A stretch of 63,036 nucleotides of DNA, filler included, from Octopus bimaculoides (lineage: Eukaryota), in the NCBI RefSeq assembly GCF_001194135.2. It is 7 parts of 7 records of this genome, joined end to end, with 100 filler letters (N's around TTAATTAATTAA, not from the genome) between each part and the next. Parts side by side here need not be neighbours in the genome. Positions count along the whole stretch, not along the records: positions 1 to 9,583 come from NC_068982.1; positions 9,684 to 16,444 come from NW_026387767.1; 5 more parts are not named here. One strand, given 5' to 3'. The notes beneath the pieces were generated by a model that worked only from the letters and a program-made list of their open reading frames with translations, did no database searches and was not told where the DNA came from. Made by a program: the position numbers and the translations under genes. Of this stretch, positions 1 to 11,475 are shown one piece after another (position 1 is the stretch's first letter; every line of letters begins with the position of its first letter).

Positions 1-14
1 ATATATATATATAT

Positions 15-843
15 AAAGGGCATTAACTGTGTAGTAATGCCTCACGCTTCGAGGGACGAAATAAGTCAAAAACTACCAAAAAATAACCATAAAATAAGCA
101 ACATATTTACTGAAAGCGAGGGAATGCAGCTTTCAAAATTTATCTCTTAAAAACATTTAACTCAACGGTAGACCACTGGTTTCTCAATCAAATACAGAAA
201 AACTGTGATGTCACCTGCATTCTTTTGTTCATCAGTACACGTATGGTCAAGATACATAACAATAAACAAGAATCAACCTACCACGATGTAACCATCACAG
301 TACGATGACTTCTGTCCATAATTATATATCCATGAAAGAGATTTGAATTTATCCGGTTGCTTCTCAGTAACATGTGCTTATACAGAATAATATTCAGCAC
401 TGAATATATTCTAATTATTTATAATATAATATAGGATAGATTCTTTATAAGAATTTATCAAGTATTCGGTGCTGAATATTATTCTGTATAAGCACATGTT
501 ACTGATATGCAACCGCATAAATTCAAATCTCTTGCATGGATATATAATTATGGAGAGAAGTCATCGTACTGTGATGGCTACATCGTGGTAGGTTGATTCT
601 TGTTTATTTTTATGTATCTTGACCATACGTGTACTGATGAACAAAGGAATACAGGTTACTTCACAGTTTTTCTGTATTTGATTGAGAAACCAGTGGTCAC
701 CCGTTGAGTCAAATGTTTTTAAGAGATAAATTGTGAAAGCTGCATTCTCTCGCTTTCAGTAAATATGTTGCTTATCTTTTGGTAGTTTTTGACTTATTTA
801 GTCCCTCGAAGCGTGAGGCATTACTACACAATTAATGCCCTTT
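15..843. mobile_element. Foldback/MITE-like element with ~390-bp imperfect inverted arms and ~56-bp spacer
   Basis: 15-406 (aaagggcattaactgtgtagtaatgcctcacg...tattcagcactgaata) is the near-exact reverse complement of 463-843 (tattcggtgctgaata...gcattactacacaattaatgcccttt). The left end abuts (TA)n; the right end abuts a gap. No coding capacity. Confidence 0.85.
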
Positions 844-2109
844 NNNNNNNNNNNNNNNNNNNNNNNNNNNNNNNNNNNNNNNNNNNNNNNNNNNNNNNNN
901 NNNNNNNNNNNNNNNNNNNNNNNNNNNNNNNNNNNNNNNNNNNNNNNNNNNNNNNNNNNNNNNNNNNNNNNNNNNNNNNNNNNNNNNNNNNNNNNNNNNN
1001 NNNNNNNNNNNNNNNNNNNNNNNNNNNNNNNNNNNNNNNNNNNNNNNNNNNNNNNNNNNNNNNNNNNNNNNNNNNNNNNNNNNNNNNNNNNNNNNNNNNN
1101 CTTATAAAGAATTTATCCTATATTATATATATATATTCACTTCTTTTACAGCGAATGCGCTTACGCACAATACGAAATCTTCCTTCCAAAATATTTGTGT
1201 CGCTCCTAACCTTGTTTTGCTATTAGTGATTTATCCTTAAGAGAACCTTTTATCAAGATATATTACAAGATATATATGGATATATATATTTAATACCCAT
1301 ATATACGGAAGCAAAGTCATATACATATTTACAAATATACATCCGTTTTCGCGTGAGTGTGAGTGAGTGTGTGTGTATGTTTGTTTGTGCATGTGTGCGT
1401 GTGTGTATGTGTTTGCTTGTGTGCCTCTTCACAGATATATAGATATTCGCAGTTATATATATAGATCGATAATTCATATCCACATACGCAATTGTTTTTC
1501 TGAAAGTAAATCAAAAGTAGACATTATGATTTACTGAATGACATTGTATTGTTGAAATTGCACATGTGTCTAAAATAACTCTGAAGTACTAGAAATGTAG
1601 CTACAATAAACTCTTAAGTATTGCTTAACAACGTGAGTCATAAGGCGTACATTTGTACCTATAATATACTAACAAAAATTTTAGGTTTCTACTCTTTAAC
1701 CCACACTTTCAGTACCACTAAATCCTCGTCTACCATCAAATGTTACCCTCCCTTTGAAAGTTAACAGCTGGGTGTCGTGAGTGGGGAAACCATATCTCTG
1801 TTCTACGTTTGTTGCGGACTACTGACCTGTCCAATTTGCCTAATTGATCAGGTGGTCTTGGCGGTTGTGTGACATTATTTCCACGCTAGCGATATAACAA
1901 AAGAGTTTTAAGCACCGAAAGCCAATGTGAAATTTTTTTTCTCGTGGTAACTATCAGATTATTCTGTGTCTTTTTACATCCACTTTCAAATAGAAATAGA
2001 TATTAACTATTATTAACATTTAGTCCCAGTGTTATCGTTGATACGATTTATATCATACTTACNNNNNNNNNNNNNNNNNNNNNNNNNNNNNNNNNNNNNN
2101 NNNNNNNNN

Positions 2110-2188
<79 letters not shown>

Positions 2189-2204
2189 CATGTATGTAAC
2201 ATTA

Positions 2205-2400
2205 ATCGTTTACCTAGTCTGTTATGAGACTTCGGCTCGGTTGGACCACCGCCTTCAAAAATGTTATCCAAATAAGAATGAACCCAGTCAATTATCTTAA
2301 AGCCGGGAACTTATTCAGTCTGTCTTTTTTGCCGAGCCACTTACAGTGAAGGAAACGCGCATAGACTTATAGTCAACCACTTTCGCAGGAAAAACACGGG
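2205..2400 (-). mobile_element. Degenerate 3' fragment of tRNA-derived SINE family A
   Basis: Similar to the 3' halves of the copies at 9150-9543, 25565-25925 and 46351-46729 (e.g. ttattc...gtctttttgccga motif). Confidence 0.5.
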
Positions 2401-2502
2401 TACACATACCAAAATGCGTGTGTTTATGCGTGTGTGTATATGTGTGTATGTATGTATGGGTGTGTATATATTTGTGTGTGTGGGTGTGTATGCATCCGTC
2501 TA

Positions 2503-3025
2503 AGGAACTCTCATAGTATGTAAAGAATTGAGGTCTATATTTCAACATAGTCTCCCTTGAAGTCTACACACTTCTTCCACTGAGGTTTCAGTGCTTGGAT
2601 CCAATTGTTGACCAAGCTTTTCTCCTATTGATCAAAATTCATCGACAGCAGATATGACGTCTTATCACAGGGATTCTGGTTCCCAGCCAAGTGATCATTT
2701 TATGTAGGAAACAGTCGATAGCTAAATGGGACCAATCCAAGAGAAACTAAAGGGTGATCAACCAGTTCAAAACCATAGTCACGCACTGCAGACATTGAAC
2801 CATGGACTTGTGTGCTGGTGCATTGTTCTAATTGAACAAGACCACTTTGATGATGTTGCCTTGGCGCTTGGTCTTCATAACTATTTGGAACTGTCTCAGC
2901 AATTTGGGATTGTACTCTTCATTGATGGTGGGACCACTTCGAAGTCAATACACGCACTACCTATTGCATCTTCCAAAAGTGAGCACATCACGTTCTCTGG
3001 CGATGAAACGACCTTGCCCTCGTGA
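2503..3025 (-). mobile_element. Mariner-type transposase remnant (C-terminal half, pseudogenised)
   Basis: Minus-strand frames give DNAPAHKS-like, DYGFELVDHP and DVISAVDEF segments and the terminal KKCVDFKGDYVEI*, typical of the mariner C-terminus. Many stops and frameshifts. Confidence 0.75.
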
Positions 3026-3457
3026 CGTAGATGTCTTCAAAATACAAACTAGACACTCACAAATCCAAAATATCGGATGAACTGATGACACGGCATGAGG
3101 TACAGGCGAAGGCAGCGGTTCCAACACTATCTCATACACTAAATGGGTCAGCAGCCGGAACAAACGCACGTAAGGCGTGGTTATATAAAGCCCCACTGCC
3201 ATGAGGAAATCATAGATAAATGTTCAAAATCACAGTGTTACTGGAGCATGACCGCAGCAGCATGGCTATAACGAATAAAAATAAAATACACGTACCCCCA
3301 CACATGTATATATATATATATNNNNNNNNNNNNNNNNNNNNNNNNNNNNNNNNNNNNNNNNNNNNNNNNNNNNNNNNNNNNNNNNNNNNNNNNNNNNNNN
3401 NNNNNNNNNNNNNNNNNNNNNNNNNNNNNNNNNNNNNNNNNNNNNNNNNNNNNNGTG

Positions 3458-3513
<56 letters not shown>

Positions 3514-5693
3514 TATAGACAGAGACAGAGACACAGAGAGAGAAGGAGAAAGAGAATGATGCATACATATGTACAAACACTAGTATATACATATCATACA
3601 CGCTTGTATATACACTCTTACACGTGCGCACAGAGTATCACTAACACAGTCAATTATAAGTGCATGTATATGCTGAACAGTTTCTGAGCAGTTTTAAAAG
3701 TTTTAGTTTTCGTATTTTGCTTTAAAAAATATACAGTCTAGGTGCTGTCTGTGTTATATGTATCATTGAAATATCTTGATTTCTTATTTTTTTTCTTCTC
3801 AAAATAGGGAAGCATACTTATGTAGGTAAGAGAATATACATCATAGTATAACGATTTCTGTGAAAATTGTCTACTCTTGCAGGCATTCAATGTCTTGTAT
3901 TCACTCACTTAAATTTGCACGGATATGTGTACCATGAAAATCTGAAAGTGCTACAAGAAAAAATAAATACGTAACATAAACTGTACTAGCATACGATACA
4001 TTTTGTGCTTTATTCTTTCCTGAAAACATTTGCTTTAGTAACAAAAATCTTTTTTCTACGGAAAGATATGATTTCACGATGATTTAATTAATACATCTAC
4101 GTACTTAAGATTTCTTTATCTCCTAATATTTGGCAACGTTTCTGTACTGGTATTAACATAATAAAGAAGAGGATTCGTCAGACTTTATAATTCGATTAGC
4201 TTAACACTTATAACGATGAAATGTGTTATGAAAACTCTATAGCTATTCAATATTTTTACACAAGTGTGTTCATTGAAGTGAGATAACTTATGTCACAGTG
4301 ACATGAGAAGGTGTTCGTATGTATACATGTATAAATATTTACATACACATAAGTACACATATGTGTATGTATAAATATATGCGTCTGTGTGTATGTGCGC
4401 GTCTGTGTGCATATATCTCTCTCTATATATATATGCATACATATATACATACATATATATATATATGTGTGTATGTGTGTGTGTCTGTGTATATGTATAT
4501 ATATATATATATATATATNNNNNNNNNNNNNNNNNNNNNNNNNNNNNNNNNNNNNNNNNNNNNNNNNNNNNNNNNNNNNNNNNNNNNNNNNNNNNNNNNN
4601 NNNNNNNNNNNNNNNNNNNNNNNNNNNNNNNNNNNNNNNNNNNNNNNNNNNNNNNNNNNNNNNNNNNNNNNNNNNNNNNNNNNNNNNNNNNNNNNNNNNN
4701 NNNNNNNNNNTATAAATATATGCGTCTGTGTGTATGTGCGCGTCTGTGTGCATATATCTCTCTCTATATATATATGCATACATATATACATACATATACA
4801 TAATATATAGATATAGTAGCAGAAAAACACGTCACTGAATCGGGTAATTACTTTTACTGTTTATCGGGACCAACATTAAATGTGTTATATGTATAATTTA
4901 CTCCTCCTGTATGTGTGCATTTTTAGAAGAGAAAATTATGTAATAATTGAAGTAGGAGAAAGATCAATATCATTCTTTGTTGGCTATCTGCAAGTCGGGC
5001 ATTTCGTTGATGTTCAGTTTCAGATGAACATCGAGATTTCTTTCTCTGTCACTGATCTGCTTGGAGTGCACATGTCCCAAAGTTTTCTGATGCACGTTAC
5101 GCGTTTGTTTGGTTTTCGTTTTGTGACGGTCATTTTTTATGAGACATTTTTTTGATAATAAATACCAGTAAGTAATAGCGACATGAAATTCGGACGTAAT
5201 GTACAGTAATGCAAAGAAAATAAGCATATCATATAGAAGAATAGCTAAAGGGAATGAGAAATGTTTTTGATAAGGAATGCCAGTAAGTTGTGGTGAAATG
5301 AAACTACAAATGATGTGTGGTTATTAGTAAGTAATAGTGAAATGAATTTACAAATGTTGAATGGTCTGTGATTTTTTATGAAATTCCGACGCTATAATAC
5401 AGGAAAGCAGGGATATGCGTTGAGTGGTTGTGTTTCTGTTGGCGTGTCGATGATTTTCGTTTCGCTGTGAATTTGTGTCTGTGTGCGTATGGTTTCATTA
5501 TCAGAATGTCTCCGCTTATGTGAAAGACAGTTGTATATATATATCTGAACGGAGAAGTAAGAAAAATAGGTATACATGAAACATGAATGAATATACATAT
5601 CTGTGCGTGTGCGCGCGCGCGCGAGCATATGTGTGTATGCTCTTTTAGAGAGACATAGAGACAGAAACTCTCTTTTATTCATATAAATGTGTG

Positions 5694-5737
<44 letters not shown>

Positions 5738-6773
5738 TTTGAAATTTTATTATTTGAAATTTTTATTATCTTTTATTGATTTATATTATTTGAATTTTTA
5801 ATATAAACGTTTAAACATTTTGACACATCGTCTCCGATGAAGGGATATAATAAATACCCTAGAAACAGCTGTAAGACCTGTTTATAAATGTTTTNNNNNN
5901 NNNNNNNNNNNNNNNNNNNNNNNNNNNNNNNNNNNNNNNNNNNNNNNNNNNNNNNNNNNNNNNNNNNNNNNNNNNNNNNNNNNNNNNNNNNNNNNNNNNN
6001 NNNNNNNNNNNNNNNNNNNNNNNNNNNNNNNNNNNNNNNNNNNNNNNNNNNNNNNNNNNNNNNNNNNNNNNNNNNNNNNNNNNNNNNNNNNNNNNNNNNN
6101 NNNNNNNNNNNNNNNNNNNNNNNNNNNNNNNNNNNNNNNNNNNNNNNNNNNNNNNNNNNNNNNNNNNNNNNNNNNNNNNNNNNNNNNNNNNNNNNNNNNN
6201 NNNNNNNNNNNNNNNNNNNNNNNNNNNNNNNNNNNNNNNNNNNNNNNNNNNNNNNNNNNNNNNNNNNNNNNNNNNNNNNNNNNNNNNNNNNNNNNNNNNN
6301 NNNNNNNNNNNNNNNNNNNNNNNNNNNNNNNNNNNNNNNNNNNNNNNNNNNNNNNNNNNNNNNNNNNNNNNNNNNNNNNNNNNNNNNNNNNNNNNNNNNN
6401 NNNNNNNNNNNNNNNNNNNNNNNNNNNNNNNNNNNNNNNNNNNNNNNNNNNNNNNNNNNNNNNNNNNNNNNNNNNNNNNNNNNNNNNNNNNNNNNNNNNN
6501 NNNNNNNNNNNNNNNNNNNNNNNNNNNNNNNNNNNNNNNNNNNNNNNNNNNNNNNNNNNNNNNNNNNNNNNNNNNNNNNNNNNNNNNNNNNNNNNNNNNN
6601 NNNNNNNNNNNNNNNNNNNNNNNNNNNNNNNNNNNNNNNNNNNNNNNNNNNNNNNNNNNNNNNNNNNNNNNNNNNNNNNNNNNNNNNNNNNNNNNNNNNN
6701 NNNNNNNNNNNNNNNNNNNNNNNNNNNNNNNNNNNNNNNNNNNNNNTATATAGGTGTGAGAGTTTGTATGTGT

Positions 6774-7054
6774 AAGAGTGAAAAAAATACAGAAGGCTTG
6801 TGTTATATAGTTAAAGTATATATTTAGTTCGTTATGTCAGAAAAATGTTATAAAATTTTGAGTACAGTAACATTGTTTTTGGAGAAATAACCGCTTTCGT
6901 AAAATTTGAAAATTTTCAAAAGAAAATACGAAACCGGTTATTTCTCCAAATACAATGTTTCTATACACAAACTTTTATAACATTTTTCTAACATAACGAT
7001 TTAAATATAAACGTTAACCATATAACAAAAGCCTTCTGTAGTTTTTTCACTCTT
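6774..7054. mobile_element. Foldback/MITE, ~128-bp imperfect inverted arms
   Basis: aagagtgaaaaaaatacagaaggcttgtgttatatagttaa...ggagaaataaccgctttcgta (6774-6901) pairs with tacgaaaccggttatttctcc...gccttctgtagttttttcactctt (6927-7054). Confidence 0.8.
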
Positions 7055-7384
7055 TTTTGTCTTTTATATATATATTCTAGGGGTCCCTGTTTAAAGGGTA
7101 ACGCCAAAGGCCTGGTTAGAGTCCCAAAATTCCAAATTGTTTTAGAGGGCTTAGAAAAACTGATGAACTGCTGCAATAAGTGTGTGGATATCTAACGTTG
7201 ATCTTACTCTGACAATACTACGTGACCCACCTTGACCAATAGGAGCCAATTTCTAGCAGCCTTCTGGGGTTCCTGTGTTTCTCCATTCGGTAATCTGAGT
7301 TGAAACGTGCTAGACTTCTGTATGTAACTTTGTCGCATGTGGCCAGATAAGAAATCTAATGTAAATAATAATAGTAAGACAGCA

Positions 7385-7557
7385 CGCTTAGTGGCATTTC
7401 TTCCGTGTGTACATTTTGAGTTCAAATCCCAGCAAGTTCGACTTTGCCTTTCGTCCTTTCCAGGTCAATAAAGACGTACCAACTGAACACTGGGGCCGAT
7501 GTACACGATTTACTCTTCCCTCGAAATTGCCTGTCCGAGGCCAAAATTTGAAAATAA
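7385..7557 (+). mobile_element. Old CORE-SINE (family C) copy
   Basis: gagttcaaatcc B-box region followed by the CORE-like gactttgcctttcgtcctttcc...aataaagacgtacc, homologous to 20562-20796. Confidence 0.7.
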
Positions 7558-7673
7558 TATTAGAAATAATTATACGATAGGTGATAATAGTAATATACAT
7601 ATATATTGGAAAGTAACACAAATGAAACTGTGGTGCATTATAAATACCGGAGTGGCTAATAATGCGAGCAAAC

Positions 7674-7772
7674 ACAACAATATGCCTACGATAGATGGTG
7701 GTAGGGAGATAACTGATCACAAAAACAACAATGTACCTACGATAGATGGTGGTAGGTAGATAACTGATCACA
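7674..7772. repeat. Two-unit 51-bp tandem duplication
   Basis: acaacaat..cctacgatagatggtggtagg.agataactgatcaca occurs twice with period 51 (ctacg at 7686 and 7737). Confidence 0.9.
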
Positions 7773-9149
7773 TACCAAACACATTAGATTTTACTGTGGT
7801 GAATATTAGTTTGAATATTTAGCTGTTGTGAATATTAGAATATTAGTTTGAATAATACGCATATCTTGGCGTATAGTTAAACTATTGAAACCGATGAGAC
7901 AATAATTAACAATATATACTAGGTACCTACGCTTTCTGTCAGTAGAAGATGCGGGTTTGACCATAAAAAATCATCTTACTACCCATCACAACAAAATGTC
8001 ATCTTAATGGACAATGCTTGAGCCAAAATACAAGACCCTGATCTACTAGATTTAAGCTAAGATTAAGTAACCACAAGTCTTTTAACAAGGACGGAGATGA
8101 AATGTGTAGCGCAAACCTTAGTGGATGTATTTGGTCATTAAAAGTTAAAAGCACAAAATTCGATATTAACTGAGAAATCGGGAGATTGAAATGTACTTTA
8201 TGCTTGGAAGAAATCTTCTATATTTACACTTCTAGATAAGTGTCATTGATTAATAGACGTGAATTACACCGGAAATATTAGCTTTCTTCCAGGAAAGTTT
8301 TTATATATTTCCAAAATAAGAATTTTAAATTAGATATTACTTACGCAAGTGTAACCTGATGAATTACCTAGGCAAATTTTGTTGATTTACTAAATGTTAT
8401 CTTTTAATAATACATCATCAAACTTCTTTTGTGACATTTTTATCGTCTGTTCACAACTCTTTCAATTGTTCTCAATCTATTTATATTTAAACTTCTTACT
8501 ATATTTACTTTATATGGACAGTGGGTGAAGCAAATCTTGACCTATTCGGGACTTCTCCAAATACTAAGACTTTTCTGTGTTGAAATATTTCCAATACAAA
8601 AATTACTTGAATAATTGTATGCGGAAAAATTACCTAGATATAATTTCAAATTTCCCACTGTTAGACTTTAGGAATATAAATGTAAACTCCACACAACACC
8701 TTTTTAGAATTTTTTTATGTTCATTTGATTTACTACACCCTTAATTATCTATTTATCCAAAAAAGTCTTTCTATATGTCACGTGGTCCGCGGGTGAACCG
8801 TATGTTGACATATTTTGCTCTGCTCTGATTGTTATGTTTGTCATGCTATTCCCTTTCAAATCTGAGGGGGATCACTCTAGGTGTAGAAGATAACTGACTT
8901 TCGTGCAATATCGTATTTCACAAACTCTCCTATCTTCTACATAAAATACACACCCCACCTATATTAAACCTAAGATAATATTGTCTAACACTGAATTCTT
9001 CAGTTAGCTTTCAAAAAATTCTAGAGGTTACAACTTAAATAAAACTGATCGGATATGCATTCCATGGACGAACTTATAGTGTAATTCAACAAACAGAATG
9101 CAACTGGATGCTACAAATTTAAATTCAAATCTTAACTGAATATATTTTT

Positions 9150-9543
9150 TTTATTCTTTTAATTACTTAACTGCGGCCATGCTGGAGTATCGCCTTAAAA
9201 GGATTTTTAGTCGAATGAATCGACCTCAGGGCATATTCTTTATAAGCCTAGTACTTATTATGTCGGTCTCTTTTGACGAACCGCTAATTTACAGGGAAAT
9301 ATACACTCTACAATCGGTTGTCAATCGATGGTGAAGAGACAAGCACAAAGATACATTCACACTAATATACGCATACATGCATAATTATATACATACATGC
9401 GTATTGCCGTCTAACAGACCCCTCACAAGGCTTTGGACAGCCTGAGGCTATAGTAGAAGGCACGTGCCCAAGTTTCCACGCCGTGATACTGAGTCCGGAA
9501 TCATGTGGTTGAGAAGCAGACTTGTTATCACACGTATGTGCCT
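9150..9543 (-). mobile_element. tRNA-derived SINE family A, full length
   Basis: Reverse complement of the 58398-58800 copy: tRNA-like head, cttgggcacgtg...ctactatagcc block, internal microsatellite, tail ending ccagcatggccgcag. Confidence 0.8.
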
Positions 9544-9627
9544 ATCTATTGTATATAATACCGTAATGTAGTATATATATATANNNNNNNNNNNNNNNNN
9601 NNNNNNNNNNNNNNNNNNNNNNNNNNN

Positions 9628-9639
9628 TTAATTAATTAA
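9628..9639. other. Assembly gap marker TTAATTAATTAA (also at 16489, 36252, 51667, 55905, 61939)
   Basis: The same 12-mer, with stops in all six frames, sits in the middle of N runs, making ~100-bp placeholder gaps. Confidence 0.95.
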
Positions 9640-10004
9640 NNNNNNNNNNNNNNNNNNNNNNNNNNNNNNNNNNNNNNNNNNNNCATTCACTTAACCATGA
9701 AACGATTCGTATCCAATTAACTAAAGGCTTGGTTTGTTTACGCTTTTCCCTCCGGTTTTTTGTTCTATGTGTGCCATAAATATCGCCATCCACTTTAGAG
9801 AAAAATTTGTAGTTTGGAATCAGTAGTTCTTTGACTGCTATTTCTAAATTTTCAGTATGTTGGAGAAGCAACTCAATTGCTAATCCCTGTATATTTATAA
9901 TGATAAATAGTTTTACCGATAAAGGTTTTTTTCATACTGAACTACTTGGCAGAATTGTTAATTATTAATTCTATTATTAATTGACGATTCTCTGCCCTTA
10001 TTCT

Positions 10005-10039
<35 letters not shown>

Positions 10040-10042
<3 letters not shown>

Positions 10043-10480
10043 TGAAATCTTTCAATATGGATGTTAGACTTCAGCAGGAGTGCATATTCTTTCTTTTTCA
10101 TAATTGTTATGAACTGGATTGACATGCACAGTCATTGTGGAAATGATCTCACAATCAGTTGGTGTAGGATCAGTTGGCTATTTGCAGATGACATAGTGCA
10201 GTTTGGCATATCAGAAGGTGGTCTCCAGCTTGGATGGACTGACCATATGAACTATGGATCAATCCAGGATGTCACCACAGTTATTCTACAGTGAACTTGA
10301 GAAGGGCAGTTGCACCCAAGGTTGCCCAAGGAAAAGGTATAAAGACAACCTCAAGTCCAATCTGAATTGGACTGAACTCCAGCCCAACAATCTTGAGAGA
10401 ACTGTGGTTGACCAGACCAATTGGTATAACGAAAGCTCTGAGGAAGCAAACAACCCATTTAGTGCATGCTGAAGATGACC
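10040..10480 (+). mobile_element. RTE-type LINE reverse transcriptase fragments, internally deleted
   Basis: LQQEC (QG motif region) and WLFADDIV (YADD-type catalytic motif), then a jump to the RTE C-terminal LGWTDH...QLFYSELEKG..GCPRKRYKDNLK. Confidence 0.75.
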
Positions 10481-10734
10481 TTCTGATGAGCCAAGTAGTC
10501 CCATGTCATCTTCAAATATATGCCAACCAATCCTTCACTCATTGTGATATCACTTCTACAATAGCTACACATGTTAACCCAGTTCACAAAATAGAGAGGT
10601 GAAAATACACCCTCCTGCCAAAGAACAACACCCACATTGGGAGGTTGTGAATTAGCATCATTCATCTGAACAAAAACATCTGGGTATTTGTATGGGGATT
10701 TGTTGCCCATAAATTCCAAAATCCTGCAAAGCCC

Positions 10735-10870
10735 TCCACAGCATGTTCTATAACCATGTAGACCATGTGGTCATATGCCTTTTCGAGGTCTACAAAACAA
10801 GCATACACCTCTTAGCAACATTCCCATGATTTCTTGAAGACCTTACAAAATTCAAATCGAAAAATATGTC
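10735..10870 (-). mobile_element. LINE RT fragment (FVDLEKAYD motif), inverted
   Basis: The minus frame reads KVFKKSWECC*EVYACFVDLEKAYDHMV, the non-LTR RT F.DL.KA.D motif. Confidence 0.7.
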
Positions 10871-11475
10871 ATATGTTCCTGTCACATGATAAAACAGATC
10901 ACATGATTAAACATCACCAACTGAAAAATGCTATGAATTGTTTTGCCAACCCAACAGTTTTGCATGCTCGTGATGAAAATTGCAGTTATTTTTTCAAAAA
11001 AACAAAAACGAATAGTAAAGAAGTTAGAAGCACTTAAAGTTATGTAATTTTAGCCAATGAAATAAGACTGTCTTCACAAGCAGAAGTGTAAACTGTTTGT
11101 TACCATGGCAATTCCAGTATATCGTTGTTTGTCCACAGAACTGTATACATATTTTTCATTTAATTCCAACCACTTGAAGATTTATATTTACATACAATTA
11201 GAATAATATTATTGCCATAGTCACAAGTTTTGCTTTGGACTTGCAAGAAATAACAAGCAAAATGAAACGAAAACACATGTACAGTTGATTAACGAAAACA
11301 TTGATGCAATAAAACATTTTTTGGCATAACTACAGATGTACAACCCACCAACTTTGTTGCCTTATAACTTTCAGAAAAATGGATACTTTTTAATGAAACT
11401 TTCAACAAATAATCACTTATAGTAAATAGGATAAACTTCAGATATTGTAAGAATCCTTCAAAATGTGATACAAAC

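Noticed and set aside
4370-4800. ~90-bp direct repeat flanking a gap (similar case at 31320-31450)
   Set aside because: Low-complexity sequence on both sides of a gap. Probably redundant contig ends or a collapsed minisatellite; cannot be resolved.
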